Shown here one piece after another: positions 19,169-28,520 of a DNA stretch of 64,000 nt. Below the pieces are notes generated by a model that saw only the letters and a list, made by a program, of their open reading frames with translations, had not been told where the DNA came from and made no database searches. The stretch's first letter is position 1. Each line of letters starts with the position of its first letter. Source of the stretch: a virus; the UHGV virus genome UHGV-0171999. One strand, 5' to 3'. The position numbers were made by a program, and so were the translations under genes.

Positions 19169-19516
19169 ATGCTGACACGCGAACAGTTTGAAAAAATCAT
19201 TAAATTAGTACGTGATGTTGAAATAGATTCATATCAATTAGCAGTTGAGCATTGTGAAGGATACTCATACGATGGTATAGAAGCAGCTAAAAAGGATTTG
19301 GATAAATCCAAAGCTAAGTTAGTTCAATATCTTGAAATGATTAGGTGGACTGAAAAGCAGATGTTTTTAATGAAGCTAATTGAAGAATATGCTAATGCAG
19401 TTTCTGACTATGAGTATTCTGCTCGAGAAAGAGGTACAGCTTTCGCAAAGGAAGAAATGAAAATCATGGTTGATGCTCACACAAAGCTTCAGAATTTTAT
19501 TGAAAACGTCATTTAA
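19169..19516 (+). CDS. hypothetical protein
   Basis: 115-aa ORF. Confidence 0.55.
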   Translation: MLTREQFEKIIKLVRDVEIDSYQLAVEHCEGYSYDGIEAAKKDLDKSKAKLVQYLEMIRWTEKQMFLMKLIEEYANAVSDYEYSARERGTAFAKEEMKIMVDAHTKLQNFIENVI

Positions 19517-19518
19517 TG

Positions 19519-19548
19519 GTTTACAAGTTGGCAAGGTTATGGTATAGT
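19519..19548 (+). promoter_or_regulatory. T4 early promoter
   Basis: GTTTAC, 18-nt spacer, TATAGT. Confidence 0.55.
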
Positions 19549-19741
19549 AATCTTGTCAACTGCCAAGGAGAAGAGAATGAAAGTTTTGTTTGTTGTGTAT
19601 GTGATGATTCAATATTATCACCCGATGTTTACTTATAATCTGGTGAACAACATTATTGATATTATTCAAAGGAGTATGTAATGACAAATGAACAAGCTTT
19701 TAAGTTAAGAGAATTAATTGAAACTTTAATTGGTGAATAAT

Positions 19742-20008
19742 GTGAGCTTTCCGAAATTAGAAGTAGGTGATTTAGTCTTAACAAAATTGTGGAATGATAC
19801 TCAATCAGTAGAAATCTGCCAATATCGTGGAGCAACAGGTAATTTGATGTACACGATTTATAATCCAGAAATTTTGTTAGAGTGTCATTTGGAACGCTTT
19901 ATAAAAGATACTGATAGTATGCCTTATAGTGTATCGATTGTACGTAAATCTAATACGAAGGAATACTCTAAAATTTTAGAACAAATTCATGCCAATAAAA
20001 AGGATTAA
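19742..20008 (+). CDS. hypothetical protein (start uncertain, possibly GTG)
   Basis: Track ORF 19730..20008; in-frame GTG after GGTGA. Confidence 0.4.
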   Translation: MSFPKLEVGDLVLTKLWNDTQSVEICQYRGATGNLMYTIYNPEILLECHLERFIKDTDSMPYSVSIVRKSNTKEYSKILEQIHANKKD

Positions 20009-20009
20009 T

Positions 20010-20540
20010 ATGAAACGATTAGTATTAGAAGTTAGTCCGCTTTTTGGTGAATTGGCTATAGAAAAAGTAAATAACATGTATCGTTTGACGCAAGAAGACG
20101 ATATGCTATATTTTACGCCTAGTGAAATCATTCATTTAACCCAAATTGAATATCCTTATACCGATAAAATAGTAAGCATTAATGATGAGCATAAAATTCA
20201 TTTTTATTCTTCATGTCCAGGATTTAATATTAAAAGTGAGTCGATGTGTTTATCAGTTATCCATTGGGATAGTTTTATAGATAAGATTAAATATTTTTAT
20301 TATTCTAATGAAAGAAAACATAATTTAAAATGGTTTAAAAATTGCAATGCTATTATTACTAACGCTTGTAATCAAAATTATGAAACTGTTTTAGATGTAT
20401 CAAAATGCTATGAAGAGGGAGATGTCATAACTATTCGTCAATCGGTAAATGATGTTAATGTTGTTGTATTAAACAAAGAAGAAGCTGTTTTATTAAAGAC
20501 TTATCTTGATTCTGTCATTCCAACTATGGTTTCAAAGTGA
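20010..20540 (+). CDS. hypothetical protein, tandem paralog A
   Basis: AAGGA Shine-Dalgarno; C-terminus LKTYLDSVIPTMVSK similar to the next ORF. Confidence 0.55.
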   Translation: MKRLVLEVSPLFGELAIEKVNNMYRLTQEDDMLYFTPSEIIHLTQIEYPYTDKIVSINDEHKIHFYSSCPGFNIKSESMCLSVIHWDSFIDKIKYFYYSNERKHNLKWFKNCNAIITNACNQNYETVLDVSKCYEEGDVITIRQSVNDVNVVVLNKEEAVLLKTYLDSVIPTMVSK

Positions 20541-20546
20541 GGAAAT

Positions 20547-21068
20547 ATGTTTATTTCAAGTGGAAGCGGTTTAATTCGTGTTGAATTTAAAAATGACATC
20601 TTCCTTATTCAAGGAGATGATATTATTAAAATGAGCTATGATGAAATCAAGAAAATTTGTCATGCTCTTGAAAGTCATGGAAAGGAAAATGCTACTATCG
20701 ATATAGGTGATTTATGGGTGACACTCTATGAAGTATCCGAAGGATTTAACATTGAAGATGAAAACAACATCTTAGCTATTGATAAAAGAAGCGATTTGTT
20801 TGACGTGTTAAAAGTTTATGAACAGTCAAACGATGGAAGAAAAGCTGCATTGATTTATCAAAAACCACATTCATGTGGAACTGCTTCAATCATTTCAGAT
20901 ATTGAAGATGAAACTGATACTTATATGTGTGTTTTAAAAGCTGGTGGTGACCGTCATCCGGATTTTATTTCTATTCGTCAAAACAATGGAGAAATTTCAT
21001 TATCAAAATCAGAAGCTGAAGCTATGATTAAGTATTTAACAACTGTTACACCTTCAATGAAAGGATAA
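20547..21068 (+). CDS. hypothetical protein, tandem paralog B
   Basis: 173 aa; C-terminus MIKYLTTVTPSMKG. Confidence 0.55.
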   Translation: MFISSGSGLIRVEFKNDIFLIQGDDIIKMSYDEIKKICHALESHGKENATIDIGDLWVTLYEVSEGFNIEDENNILAIDKRSDLFDVLKVYEQSNDGRKAALIYQKPHSCGTASIISDIEDETDTYMCVLKAGGDRHPDFISIRQNNGEISLSKSEAEAMIKYLTTVTPSMKG

Positions 21069-21070
21069 TT

Positions 21071-21532
21071 ATGATTATTAATGAAAGCTCTTGGCACTAT
21101 AAATTATTCAAAATGTTTAACGACGAATGGAAACGACCTAAGACACTGTGCGCGTATTTTTGGTCTATTGTTATCCCTACATTTTTCGTTTCTTTTTTCG
21201 GATGTACTATACTCGCAGGTCTAACTATCATCTGTGCAGAAATCATGCAGAAATGGCTTATTTTTGGTAGTTTATGGACTCTTATTCCAGCAGCATTTAT
21301 ACTTGCCATTTTGCTTGTTTTACTTATTATTGGTTCATTTGTTATTCCTGCACAACTACATGAAAAATATAAAGATTATAAATGGAAAAAGGATTATGCT
21401 TTACATGTAGAAAATATTGATAGGGCGTATAAAGGTTTACCTCCTATTCAACCCAAGAAATCTATTATCATCGAATTTTTAAAAGCGTGTAAAGCTAAAG
21501 TATGTCCTGTTATTGAATATAAGGCTGAATAA
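21071..21532 (+). CDS. membrane protein
   Basis: 153 aa with several hydrophobic segments. Confidence 0.55.
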   Translation: MIINESSWHYKLFKMFNDEWKRPKTLCAYFWSIVIPTFFVSFFGCTILAGLTIICAEIMQKWLIFGSLWTLIPAAFILAILLVLLIIGSFVIPAQLHEKYKDYKWKKDYALHVENIDRAYKGLPPIQPKKSIIIEFLKACKAKVCPVIEYKAE

Positions 21533-22542
21533 TGAAAACAGTAATGAAAAGTTATTTTGGTAGTCATCTTTATGGAACTTCTACCCCAGAATCTGATGTA
21601 GATTTTAAAGAAATTTTTGTTCCTCCTGCTCGTGATATTCTTATCGGAAATGTTAAAGAGCATATGAGTAAAAACACTAACAACACATCATCTAAAAACA
21701 CTAAAGATGATATTGACCATGAACTATATAGTCTTAAGTATTTCTTTAAATTAGCAGCAGATGGTGAAACTGTAGCATTAGATATGCTCCACACTCCACC
21801 TGCACTAGTGGTTAAATCTGATTTGCCTGATGTGTGGAAGTTTATTCAAGACAACCGTTCTCGTTTTTATACAACTAACATGAAATCCTATTTAGGATAT
21901 GTCCGTAAGCAAGCTTCTAAATATGGCGTTAAGGGTTCTCGTTTGGCTGCATTACGTGATGTATTGAAAGTAGTTAATCAAATCCCTGAGCAATGGGTTG
22001 ATTACCAAGAAGATGGTTCTATTAAACAGCGTCGCACTAAAGTTGAAGATATTAAGCATCGTCTTCCAGAGAACGAGTTCTGCGAATGGGTGTTCCATAA
22101 TCATGAGAAAACAGGTCCGCAAACGTTCTATACAGTGTTGGGTCGTAAATATCAGACAACGCTTTCTCTTATTGAGCTTAAGCAGTCACTGAACAAATTA
22201 GATGCTGAATACGGCGAACGTGCTCGTAAGGCCGAAGCTAATGAAGGTATTGACTGGAAAGCTCTGAGCCATGCTTGCCGTGGTGGACTCCAACTATTGG
22301 AAATTTACAAAACTGGTGACTTGGTTTATCCACTCCAAGATGCTCCATTTATTCTCGATGTGAAGTTGGGTAAACACCCATTTAAAACGGTCCAAGAGTT
22401 TTTGGAAGATGTGGTCGATCAAGTAGAAGCAGCATCTACTGAAGCTTCTAAGAACGGTATGCAGCAAAAAGTGGACATGGGTTTCTGGGATGACTTCCTT
22501 GAGAGGGTGTATCTCGAAAACCATCGAAGTTATTATAAATGA
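21532..22542 (+). CDS. nucleotidyltransferase-fold protein (Pol-beta superfamily motif)
   Basis: N-terminal GS-x10-DVD motif (FGSHLYGTSTPESDVDF); 336 aa. Confidence 0.55.
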   Translation: MKTVMKSYFGSHLYGTSTPESDVDFKEIFVPPARDILIGNVKEHMSKNTNNTSSKNTKDDIDHELYSLKYFFKLAADGETVALDMLHTPPALVVKSDLPDVWKFIQDNRSRFYTTNMKSYLGYVRKQASKYGVKGSRLAALRDVLKVVNQIPEQWVDYQEDGSIKQRRTKVEDIKHRLPENEFCEWVFHNHEKTGPQTFYTVLGRKYQTTLSLIELKQSLNKLDAEYGERARKAEANEGIDWKALSHACRGGLQLLEIYKTGDLVYPLQDAPFILDVKLGKHPFKTVQEFLEDVVDQVEAASTEASKNGMQQKVDMGFWDDFLERVYLENHRSYYK

Positions 22543-22544
22543 TA

Positions 22545-22568
22545 GGGAGCCTTCGGGCTCCCTTTTTT
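22545..22568 (+). terminator. intrinsic terminator, UUCG-tetraloop hairpin plus T-run
   Basis: GGGAGCCTTCGGGCTCCCTTTTTT. Confidence 0.7.
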
Positions 22569-22593
22569 ATTTCAAAATTTTTTTCACAAAACA

Positions 22594-22623
22594 GTTTACA
22601 AGCATAAAGCTTTATGGTACTAT
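22594..22623 (+). promoter_or_regulatory. T4 early promoter, repeated cassette
   Basis: TTTTTTTCACAAAACAGTTTACA...TGGTACTATACAACTATCAAC. Confidence 0.65.
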
Positions 22624-22657
22624 ACAACTATCAACTGATACGGATTTGGAGAATAAA

Positions 22658-23626
22658 ATGAAAACTGTAACTATCAATAAGGGTATCTACTTCGGTAAAG
22701 AAATCTCTGGAACTTTTGAGCTCTTAGGCGAATGGTTCCCAGATAATGCTCCGGTAGATGCACAAGGAGATGGTAAAGTTTTTGTTGAAATTGACGGTAA
22801 ACGTCGCGGTGTTTGGGTTTACAAATCAGATATTTCATATGATGGTGTAAAAGTTGAAGAAGTTAAAGAATCATATGAAGATATGAAAACCCGCATTAAT
22901 AAAAGATTTAATGTTATGGGAATGATGACGAATGGTATTATTAACGGAAACATTCGTTCATTAATTATCTCTGGCGCAGCAGGTATTGGTAAAACGTATT
23001 CTTTAGATAAAGCTTTAAATAAAGCAAATGATATTGGATACATTGAATATAAAAGCATTAATGGTAAAATCTCTGGTATTGGTCTTTATGAGCAGCTTTG
23101 GAATAATCGTGAAGAGAATTCTGTCCTTTTGATTGATGATGTGGATGTTTTTTCTGATATGGACATTCTTAATCTTCTAAAAGCCGCTCTGGACACCGGA
23201 GAGACCCGTAAAGTATGCTGGAGCACTGCATCTTCCTACTTAGAAGAAAAAGGTATTGACCGTGAGTTTGAATTTAAAGGAACGATTGTTTTTATCACAA
23301 ACGTTGACATTGACCGCGAATTAGACCGTGGTACTAAACTTGCTCCACACTTACAAGCATTAGTGTCCCGCTCAGTTTATTTGGATTTGGGTGTTCATAC
23401 TAATGAAGAAATTATGGTCAGGGTTGAAGATGTTATTCTTTCAACTGACATGATGCAAAAGCGCGGTCTTTCTGATGAAGAAACTTATAAAGCATTATCA
23501 TGGATGAAAGTTAATGTAAACCGTTTACGCAATGTTTCACTGCGTACTGCTCTTTATCTTGCTGACTTTATTATGACCGACAAAAACGGTTGGGAAGAAA
23601 TTGCTGAGGTTACTCTTCTGAAATAA
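22658..23626 (+). CDS. P-loop ATPase (AAA-like)
   Basis: Walker A SGAAGIGKT and Walker B LLIDDVD; ATG after GGAGAA; the track's upstream extension runs through the promoter and is not coding. Confidence 0.6.
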   Translation: MKTVTINKGIYFGKEISGTFELLGEWFPDNAPVDAQGDGKVFVEIDGKRRGVWVYKSDISYDGVKVEEVKESYEDMKTRINKRFNVMGMMTNGIINGNIRSLIISGAAGIGKTYSLDKALNKANDIGYIEYKSINGKISGIGLYEQLWNNREENSVLLIDDVDVFSDMDILNLLKAALDTGETRKVCWSTASSYLEEKGIDREFEFKGTIVFITNVDIDRELDRGTKLAPHLQALVSRSVYLDLGVHTNEEIMVRVEDVILSTDMMQKRGLSDEETYKALSWMKVNVNRLRNVSLRTALYLADFIMTDKNGWEEIAEVTLLK

Positions 23627-23727
23627 TTCATAAGAGGACTTCTATGACAAAAAGGCAGTTCAGAAATAGATTATATGGACTGCCATTAAAAAGATGACTA
23701 GAATTAAACTGGTGAATGGAGGTAGTG

Positions 23728-24030
23728 ATGTTATACTCAAAGGCTCGTGAAATTTACGAAACTAAAATTAAAGAAGCAGTATTTCAGTTCGCAACGACAA
23801 TGCGATGGACAAATGATTGGGAGTATTCAAAAAATCATAAGAAGCCCATGGTGACAAGAAAGGCTCATATGTTAGTGTTAATAGACCGTGAGCAGATTAA
23901 AGCCCGAGAAGCCCTCCAGAATCATAAAAAGGCTGCCTTTGAATGGTTTATGGACCACACTGCTCCTGAGACTAAGAAAGCAGTGAGCGCCTGGTTCAGT
24001 GGAAAAAATTGTGAAAGAAGTTTCTTTTAG
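23728..24030 (+). CDS. hypothetical protein
   Basis: ATG after GGAGG; 100 aa. Confidence 0.5.
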   Translation: MLYSKAREIYETKIKEAVFQFATTMRWTNDWEYSKNHKKPMVTRKAHMLVLIDREQIKAREALQNHKKAAFEWFMDHTAPETKKAVSAWFSGKNCERSFF

Positions 24031-24032
24031 TG

Positions 24033-24062
24033 GTTTACAAGACTGTTCCTCTGTGGTACTAT
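24033..24062 (+). promoter_or_regulatory. T4 early promoter, repeated cassette
   Basis: GTTTAC...TGGTACTATACAACTATCAACTACGGAGGAACA. Confidence 0.65.
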
Positions 24063-24090
24063 ACAACTATCAACTACGGAGGAACAGAAA

Positions 24091-24618
24091 ATGAACGCTA
24101 AAGATATTTTCAACTTGGTAAATTACAACGATGGTAAATTTAAATCTGAAGCACAAAGCAAGTTCTTTAATGACATCTCAATCGGAGGTGAAATCACTGT
24201 TGATGGAGGACAAATTTACAAATCACGTTGGAATTGGATCGTTATTATCGATGAGATTGGTATTGTAGAAATTTACAAGAATACGAATAAAAATCGTACA
24301 TTACACTGGTCTCGTGATACTAACGAACAGTATAAAAAGGATAAAGCATCTAAATTATCTCGTGTAACTCAAGAAGATATTGAGTTCATCAAGAAAGATA
24401 TTTTAATGTATGATAACTTAATTGCTGAAGAGCAAGCTGTTATTGATAAATTTGATGAGATTAAAGCTTCTCGTGAAATTCCTGATTTTATGAAAGAATC
24501 AGTAAATGAACGATACACTCTCATTTCAGAGCGTATTGAAACTTACAAAAAGCAAAGAGCTGAACGCCAAAATACTCTTCGGAAGTTTGAAGAACGGTTA
24601 AAGACGGTACTCGCATAA
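24091..24618 (+). CDS. hypothetical protein
   Basis: 175-aa ORF after promoter cassette and GGAGGAACA Shine-Dalgarno. Confidence 0.6.
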   Translation: MNAKDIFNLVNYNDGKFKSEAQSKFFNDISIGGEITVDGGQIYKSRWNWIVIIDEIGIVEIYKNTNKNRTLHWSRDTNEQYKKDKASKLSRVTQEDIEFIKKDILMYDNLIAEEQAVIDKFDEIKASREIPDFMKESVNERYTLISERIETYKKQRAERQNTLRKFEERLKTVLA

Positions 24619-24673
24619 CCGCTTTATACCAAGGATGGTATAATGGTTCTAAGCCCTTTTAATTGAGATTATT

Positions 24674-25081
24674 ATGAAACAGTTGATAATTAAAAGATTG
24701 AATTTATTGATATGTTGTTTATGTGTAGTAGTTGCATATGGTTATTACGCAATTAATGATTATATGCACTATAAAGATTATGATGTTACTGTAGTTAATA
24801 CTATTACAGGAACACAAGGAAAGGGGTCTAGTTTATCGTTTATTGCCGTATATGAACTTAAAGACGATTATAGATTTAGTGAATATATTTCCCCAGAGAT
24901 GTATTCTTCAATAGAAAAAGGTGATAATATTACTGTAAGTTTACGTCCTTTCGACGTAAAACAGACACTGTTTGATAATATTGTTTGGTTCTTTGGAATG
25001 GTATTAGTTCAATCCGTATGTGGCGCTTATGTAGTCTGTTCCATCTTGTTCTGTATATTTAGTAAAATTGAAATTGAGTGA
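24674..25081 (+). CDS. membrane protein
   Basis: 135 aa with hydrophobic N- and C-terminal segments. Confidence 0.55.
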   Translation: MKQLIIKRLNLLICCLCVVVAYGYYAINDYMHYKDYDVTVVNTITGTQGKGSSLSFIAVYELKDDYRFSEYISPEMYSSIEKGDNITVSLRPFDVKQTLFDNIVWFFGMVLVQSVCGAYVVCSILFCIFSKIEIE

Positions 25082-25144
25082 GGAAAATATGTCAGTAGTA
25101 ATTAATAATGTCAATGCAGTAATTAAATCTTTAGTTAATAAAAA

Positions 25145-25978
25145 ATGATGAATGAATGGACTGTATTTCGTCGTGGAGAGCCAGATAAATTTTTTCATAG
25201 ATTTAACTCAACTTTGGATTTGAATGTTATCGACAGAGATGTTCATGCAGAAATTTTAGATAAGTTTAAAGTTGATATTGGATTTGGATTAGAAAAACAT
25301 TTGCAGCGAACAAATGGGTCTGGAATGAGTTTATCTAATCGCATTATGAAAGCCCTTAATAAAATTGGAGCGTTGTCTCGTATTAACGCGAGTGAAATCC
25401 TTCGTAATTATAATAAAGGATATGACCTTTATGGTCGACTAATGCCGAAGTTATCATTTGACCAAATGATTGCAGATTTGTGGGAAAATCAACGACGATT
25501 ATTAGCATTAGGTGCTCGATTAGCTAAAGGTCTAGATAAACAAATGATTTTTAAGACCAATAATACAGAAGACCTTAAATGCTTTAAATTTAGTATTCGT
25601 GGCGATGATTATTACATCAGAGCTCGCTCTACAGATTATGTTAATATGGGTCATCATCTCTGTTTAGCCTTTGAAGTTTTAAAAGAAGCTGGAACACTAG
25701 AATATTCATCTGGTGCAAAATGCCCTATTGGCTCAAGTTGTATTTTAATTTATCGCCCGAATGAATCCAGTTCAACTACATTGCCTACGAAACCTGTACC
25801 AGTTCGTAGTAACGAAAAACATTCTGAACAAATTGATTATTTTAATAAGCAAATTGAAGAGCTGAATATTTCTATTCAACAATATGATGATGAAATTTTC
25901 AGACTATCTGGACTGAGTAGTAAAGCTAAATCTGAGCGTGAAAAGTTAATTAAAATTGTTGATTTACTTAAATCTTAA
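25145..25978 (+). CDS. hypothetical protein with C-terminal coiled coil
   Basis: 277-aa ORF. Confidence 0.55.
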   Translation: MMNEWTVFRRGEPDKFFHRFNSTLDLNVIDRDVHAEILDKFKVDIGFGLEKHLQRTNGSGMSLSNRIMKALNKIGALSRINASEILRNYNKGYDLYGRLMPKLSFDQMIADLWENQRRLLALGARLAKGLDKQMIFKTNNTEDLKCFKFSIRGDDYYIRARSTDYVNMGHHLCLAFEVLKEAGTLEYSSGAKCPIGSSCILIYRPNESSSTTLPTKPVPVRSNEKHSEQIDYFNKQIEELNISIQQYDDEIFRLSGLSSKAKSEREKLIKIVDLLKS

Positions 25979-25986
25979 GGAACACC

Positions 25987-26334
25987 ATGAAAACTCGTTC
26001 TCAAATTGAAGATATGGTTCGTAATGCCAGCTATACTCGTGATGTTATGACATTTTTGTGTCAAAATAATTTAGACCCTGATAAAGTTAATCGTGATATT
26101 CACTTTAAATATATGAATAGCAGTGAATGGTTACGTCATTTTAGTAAAGCGGGGTATATTACACAAATGACTGCTCGTGAGCAGCTCACCGATTTCTGTA
26201 AAACTATTGATTATAAAAATCCTCTATTTGTTCAGGCGTTGGTCAGAGTAAGGTTGATTTATCATCTGGATTTTTTAATCCAAATCATTATCGTATTGAA
26301 TGGAGATTTATTGCTCTATTCCGTAAACAATTAA
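25987..26334 (+). CDS. 5' portion of an apparently frameshifted gene
   Basis: Protein-like to about residue 95, then junk (LDFLIQIIIVLNGDLLLYSVNN); shift near a T-run around 26271. Confidence 0.45.
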   Translation: MKTRSQIEDMVRNASYTRDVMTFLCQNNLDPDKVNRDIHFKYMNSSEWLRHFSKAGYITQMTAREQLTDFCKTIDYKNPLFVQALVRVRLIYHLDFLIQIIIVLNGDLLLYSVNN

Positions 26335-26417
26335 AGCAAATTTTATCAACTGCGAGTCGATTAAAAGGTTCTGATATTAACTTAAAGAACCTGAAATTTG
26401 ATGGTTATACTCTTCAG

Positions 26418-27317
26418 ATGGAAGTAAGACCATTAAAAGAAAATAATAGAACTGCACGAATTAGCTTTAAACCTAATACAAAAAATTCTCTTTCAATTTG
26501 CGAATGCCTTAAATCGCAGTTGACAGAAGCATTTAAGTATATGGATGTTGTTGCCGCTGTTCAGTCTAAGATTTTACCTCGTTTTGAGCGATTTAAATTA
26601 GACACAACAACATATGAACTTGATATGATCGTTTCATTTAAATACGATTTTTTGAGAAAGGATGAAGTCCCGCAAGAGAAAAAGCAGGAAGTGCAAGATA
26701 ACTTAAATTTAAATTTATCTAATTACTCATCAAACGATCCTAAATTTTGGATGTATAGTTCAGGTAATGAGGATGCATGGAAATTCAATAAAGTGAATAT
26801 GCTTTTTAAGCATGCTCGCAAATTATTTACCGCGGGTGATGACCGTACAAATACAGTTCATGTTAAGGACTGGGTTATTGCTGATGAAGTAACACATAAG
26901 CCAGGTGGTTCATCAGTGTTAATTAATATCCAGGTTCCTTATTATTACTCACGTAATCTCGGCACCATGAACTCTAGAGAAATTAATAAGCACAACAAAA
27001 CTATTCGTTCGTTGTCTTATAAACTCCGCATGATGTTAAAAATCATGGACGTAGTGGAAATGTATGACGAAACCGAAGATAATGGTTCAATGTTATACAG
27101 CTCACGCATTCTAATTAAACTGAAGAACCCTAATACATACAAGCCAGTTGTAAAAGAACCTAAAGTAGAAAAGGTTGATAACCTGAGCGAAGAACGCGAA
27201 TATCTTAATGCTCGCTTAATTGAAGTTGAAAAACAGATTGAAGAGCATACTAAAGTTCTTAAAGATTTAACTGCCAAAGCAAATGGTTTACGTAATGCTA
27301 TTGAGGTATTAAAATGA
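26418..27317 (+). CDS. 3' portion of an apparently frameshifted gene, C-terminal coiled coil
   Basis: Frame is open and protein-like from about 26217 with no start codon or Shine-Dalgarno until the ATG at 26418. Confidence 0.45.
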   Translation: MEVRPLKENNRTARISFKPNTKNSLSICECLKSQLTEAFKYMDVVAAVQSKILPRFERFKLDTTTYELDMIVSFKYDFLRKDEVPQEKKQEVQDNLNLNLSNYSSNDPKFWMYSSGNEDAWKFNKVNMLFKHARKLFTAGDDRTNTVHVKDWVIADEVTHKPGGSSVLINIQVPYYYSRNLGTMNSREINKHNKTIRSLSYKLRMMLKIMDVVEMYDETEDNGSMLYSSRILIKLKNPNTYKPVVKEPKVEKVDNLSEEREYLNARLIEVEKQIEEHTKVLKDLTAKANGLRNAIEVLK

Positions 27318-27631
27318 AAAAGCGTCTATTAGAAGATATTGCAGCTTCAAGTAATTCCAGTCTAATTAAAATTATTATGGCTGGTGAAGAAGACGATCTA
27401 GAAATGCGTGGAAAGATTCATGGTTGTGACGATCTAGACTTTAAACCTCCTGCTTGGGATGCCATTATGGTTATGGTTGAACGCCGCGAAAGGGCTTCTA
27501 AGAATGTTCCAAACTGTCCAAAGTGTGGTACTGAACAGGTACAATTAGTTCATTGGCAGACTAGTAATCTTCGTTATAAATGTCGTTATTGCAAACACCG
27601 ATTTAACCGAGAAGAAAATGACCAAGCGTAA
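27314..27631 (+). CDS. Zn-ribbon protein
   Basis: CPKCGTEQ...CRYCKHRF; 105 aa. Confidence 0.55.
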   Translation: MKKRLLEDIAASSNSSLIKIIMAGEEDDLEMRGKIHGCDDLDFKPPAWDAIMVMVERRERASKNVPNCPKCGTEQVQLVHWQTSNLRYKCRYCKHRFNREENDQA

Positions 27632-27869
27632 AGAATATATGAAGACTGCTGAAATGGCAGTCCGCGAATTAGCAATAGCTTATTATTATGAACATGGTAA
27701 ATTTCCTGATAGATACAGCGTGCTTAAATCTGCTTTAACTCGTTCATATAAAAATATGCTATCAGAAGTAAGTGATATTATATACAAACATAAAGAACAA
27801 ACGGGCCAAAGTCTTGATTATGACGAGACTTTTAAACAAGTACTAGGAATTAAGGAATATTATGTTTAA
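27618..27869 (+). CDS. hypothetical protein
   Basis: 83-aa ORF. Confidence 0.5.
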   Translation: MTKRKEYMKTAEMAVRELAIAYYYEHGKFPDRYSVLKSALTRSYKNMLSEVSDIIYKHKEQTGQSLDYDETFKQVLGIKEYYV

Positions 27870-28125
27870 GGTATATGGTTATGATAGCAGCATCCATAAA
27901 TGTGTGTATTGCGATAATGCAAAACGTCTTTTGACTGTAAAGAAACAGCCGTTTGAATTTATCAACATTATGCCGGAAAAAGGTGTTTTTGATGATGAGA
28001 AAATCGCTGAGCTTCTGACGAAACTAGGTCGTGATACTCAAATTGGTTTGACGATGCCACAAGTATTTGCTCCTGATGGAAGTCATATTGGTGGATTTGA
28101 CCAATTGCGGGAATACTTTAAATGA
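27862..28125 (+). CDS. nrdC: glutaredoxin/thioredoxin NrdC
   Basis: [24 protein letters not shown]... CxxC; 87 aa as T4 NrdC. Confidence 0.9.
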   Translation: MFKVYGYDSSIHKCVYCDNAKRLLTVKKQPFEFINIMPEKGVFDDEKIAELLTKLGRDTQIGLTMPQVFAPDGSHIGGFDQLREYFK

Positions 28126-28337
28126 TGCTCGAAGGAACTGATTATATCCATGACTACCGCGGAAGCGCGGTATATGTAGGTGATGAGGTTGCAGTTTATT
28201 ATGGATATGGAACTTTGATGACAGCAAAGGTTATTCAAATTAAAAATAATCGTGCTAAACTCGAAGTTTATTATTCTAACGGTGAAAAGTCTATTTCTAA
28301 ATGGAAATATGGCGATTGCATGGTCAAACTGGGGTAA
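28122..28337 (+). CDS. hypothetical protein
   Basis: 71-aa ORF coupled to nrdC. Confidence 0.5.
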   Translation: MMLEGTDYIHDYRGSAVYVGDEVAVYYGYGTLMTAKVIQIKNNRAKLEVYYSNGEKSISKWKYGDCMVKLG

Positions 28338-28339
28338 AT

Positions 28340-28510
28340 ATGATTTACGATATTAGTGCATCAAGAACTCCGTCAATGGTTACTATTCCTGCTGAAGAAT
28401 TAGATCGTCTTCAGAAAATTGAAGAACTTCTTTGGGAAATTGAATCTGATTTGCCATCAGGATTAGAATCCTGGATTGATTATGAAGAACTTAATAAATT
28501 GCGAAATTAA
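28340..28510 (+). CDS. small hypothetical protein
   Basis: ATG after preceding stop; 56 aa. Confidence 0.4.
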   Translation: MIYDISASRTPSMVTIPAEELDRLQKIEELLWEIESDLPSGLESWIDYEELNKLRN

Positions 28511-28520
28511 TTGGTGAAAA

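Noticed and set aside
22490-22657. N-terminal extensions of track ORFs 22490..23626 and 48420..48854
   Set aside because: The extensions run through a terminator hairpin and an early promoter; similar peptides at two loci reflect the repeated promoter cassette, not coding sequence.
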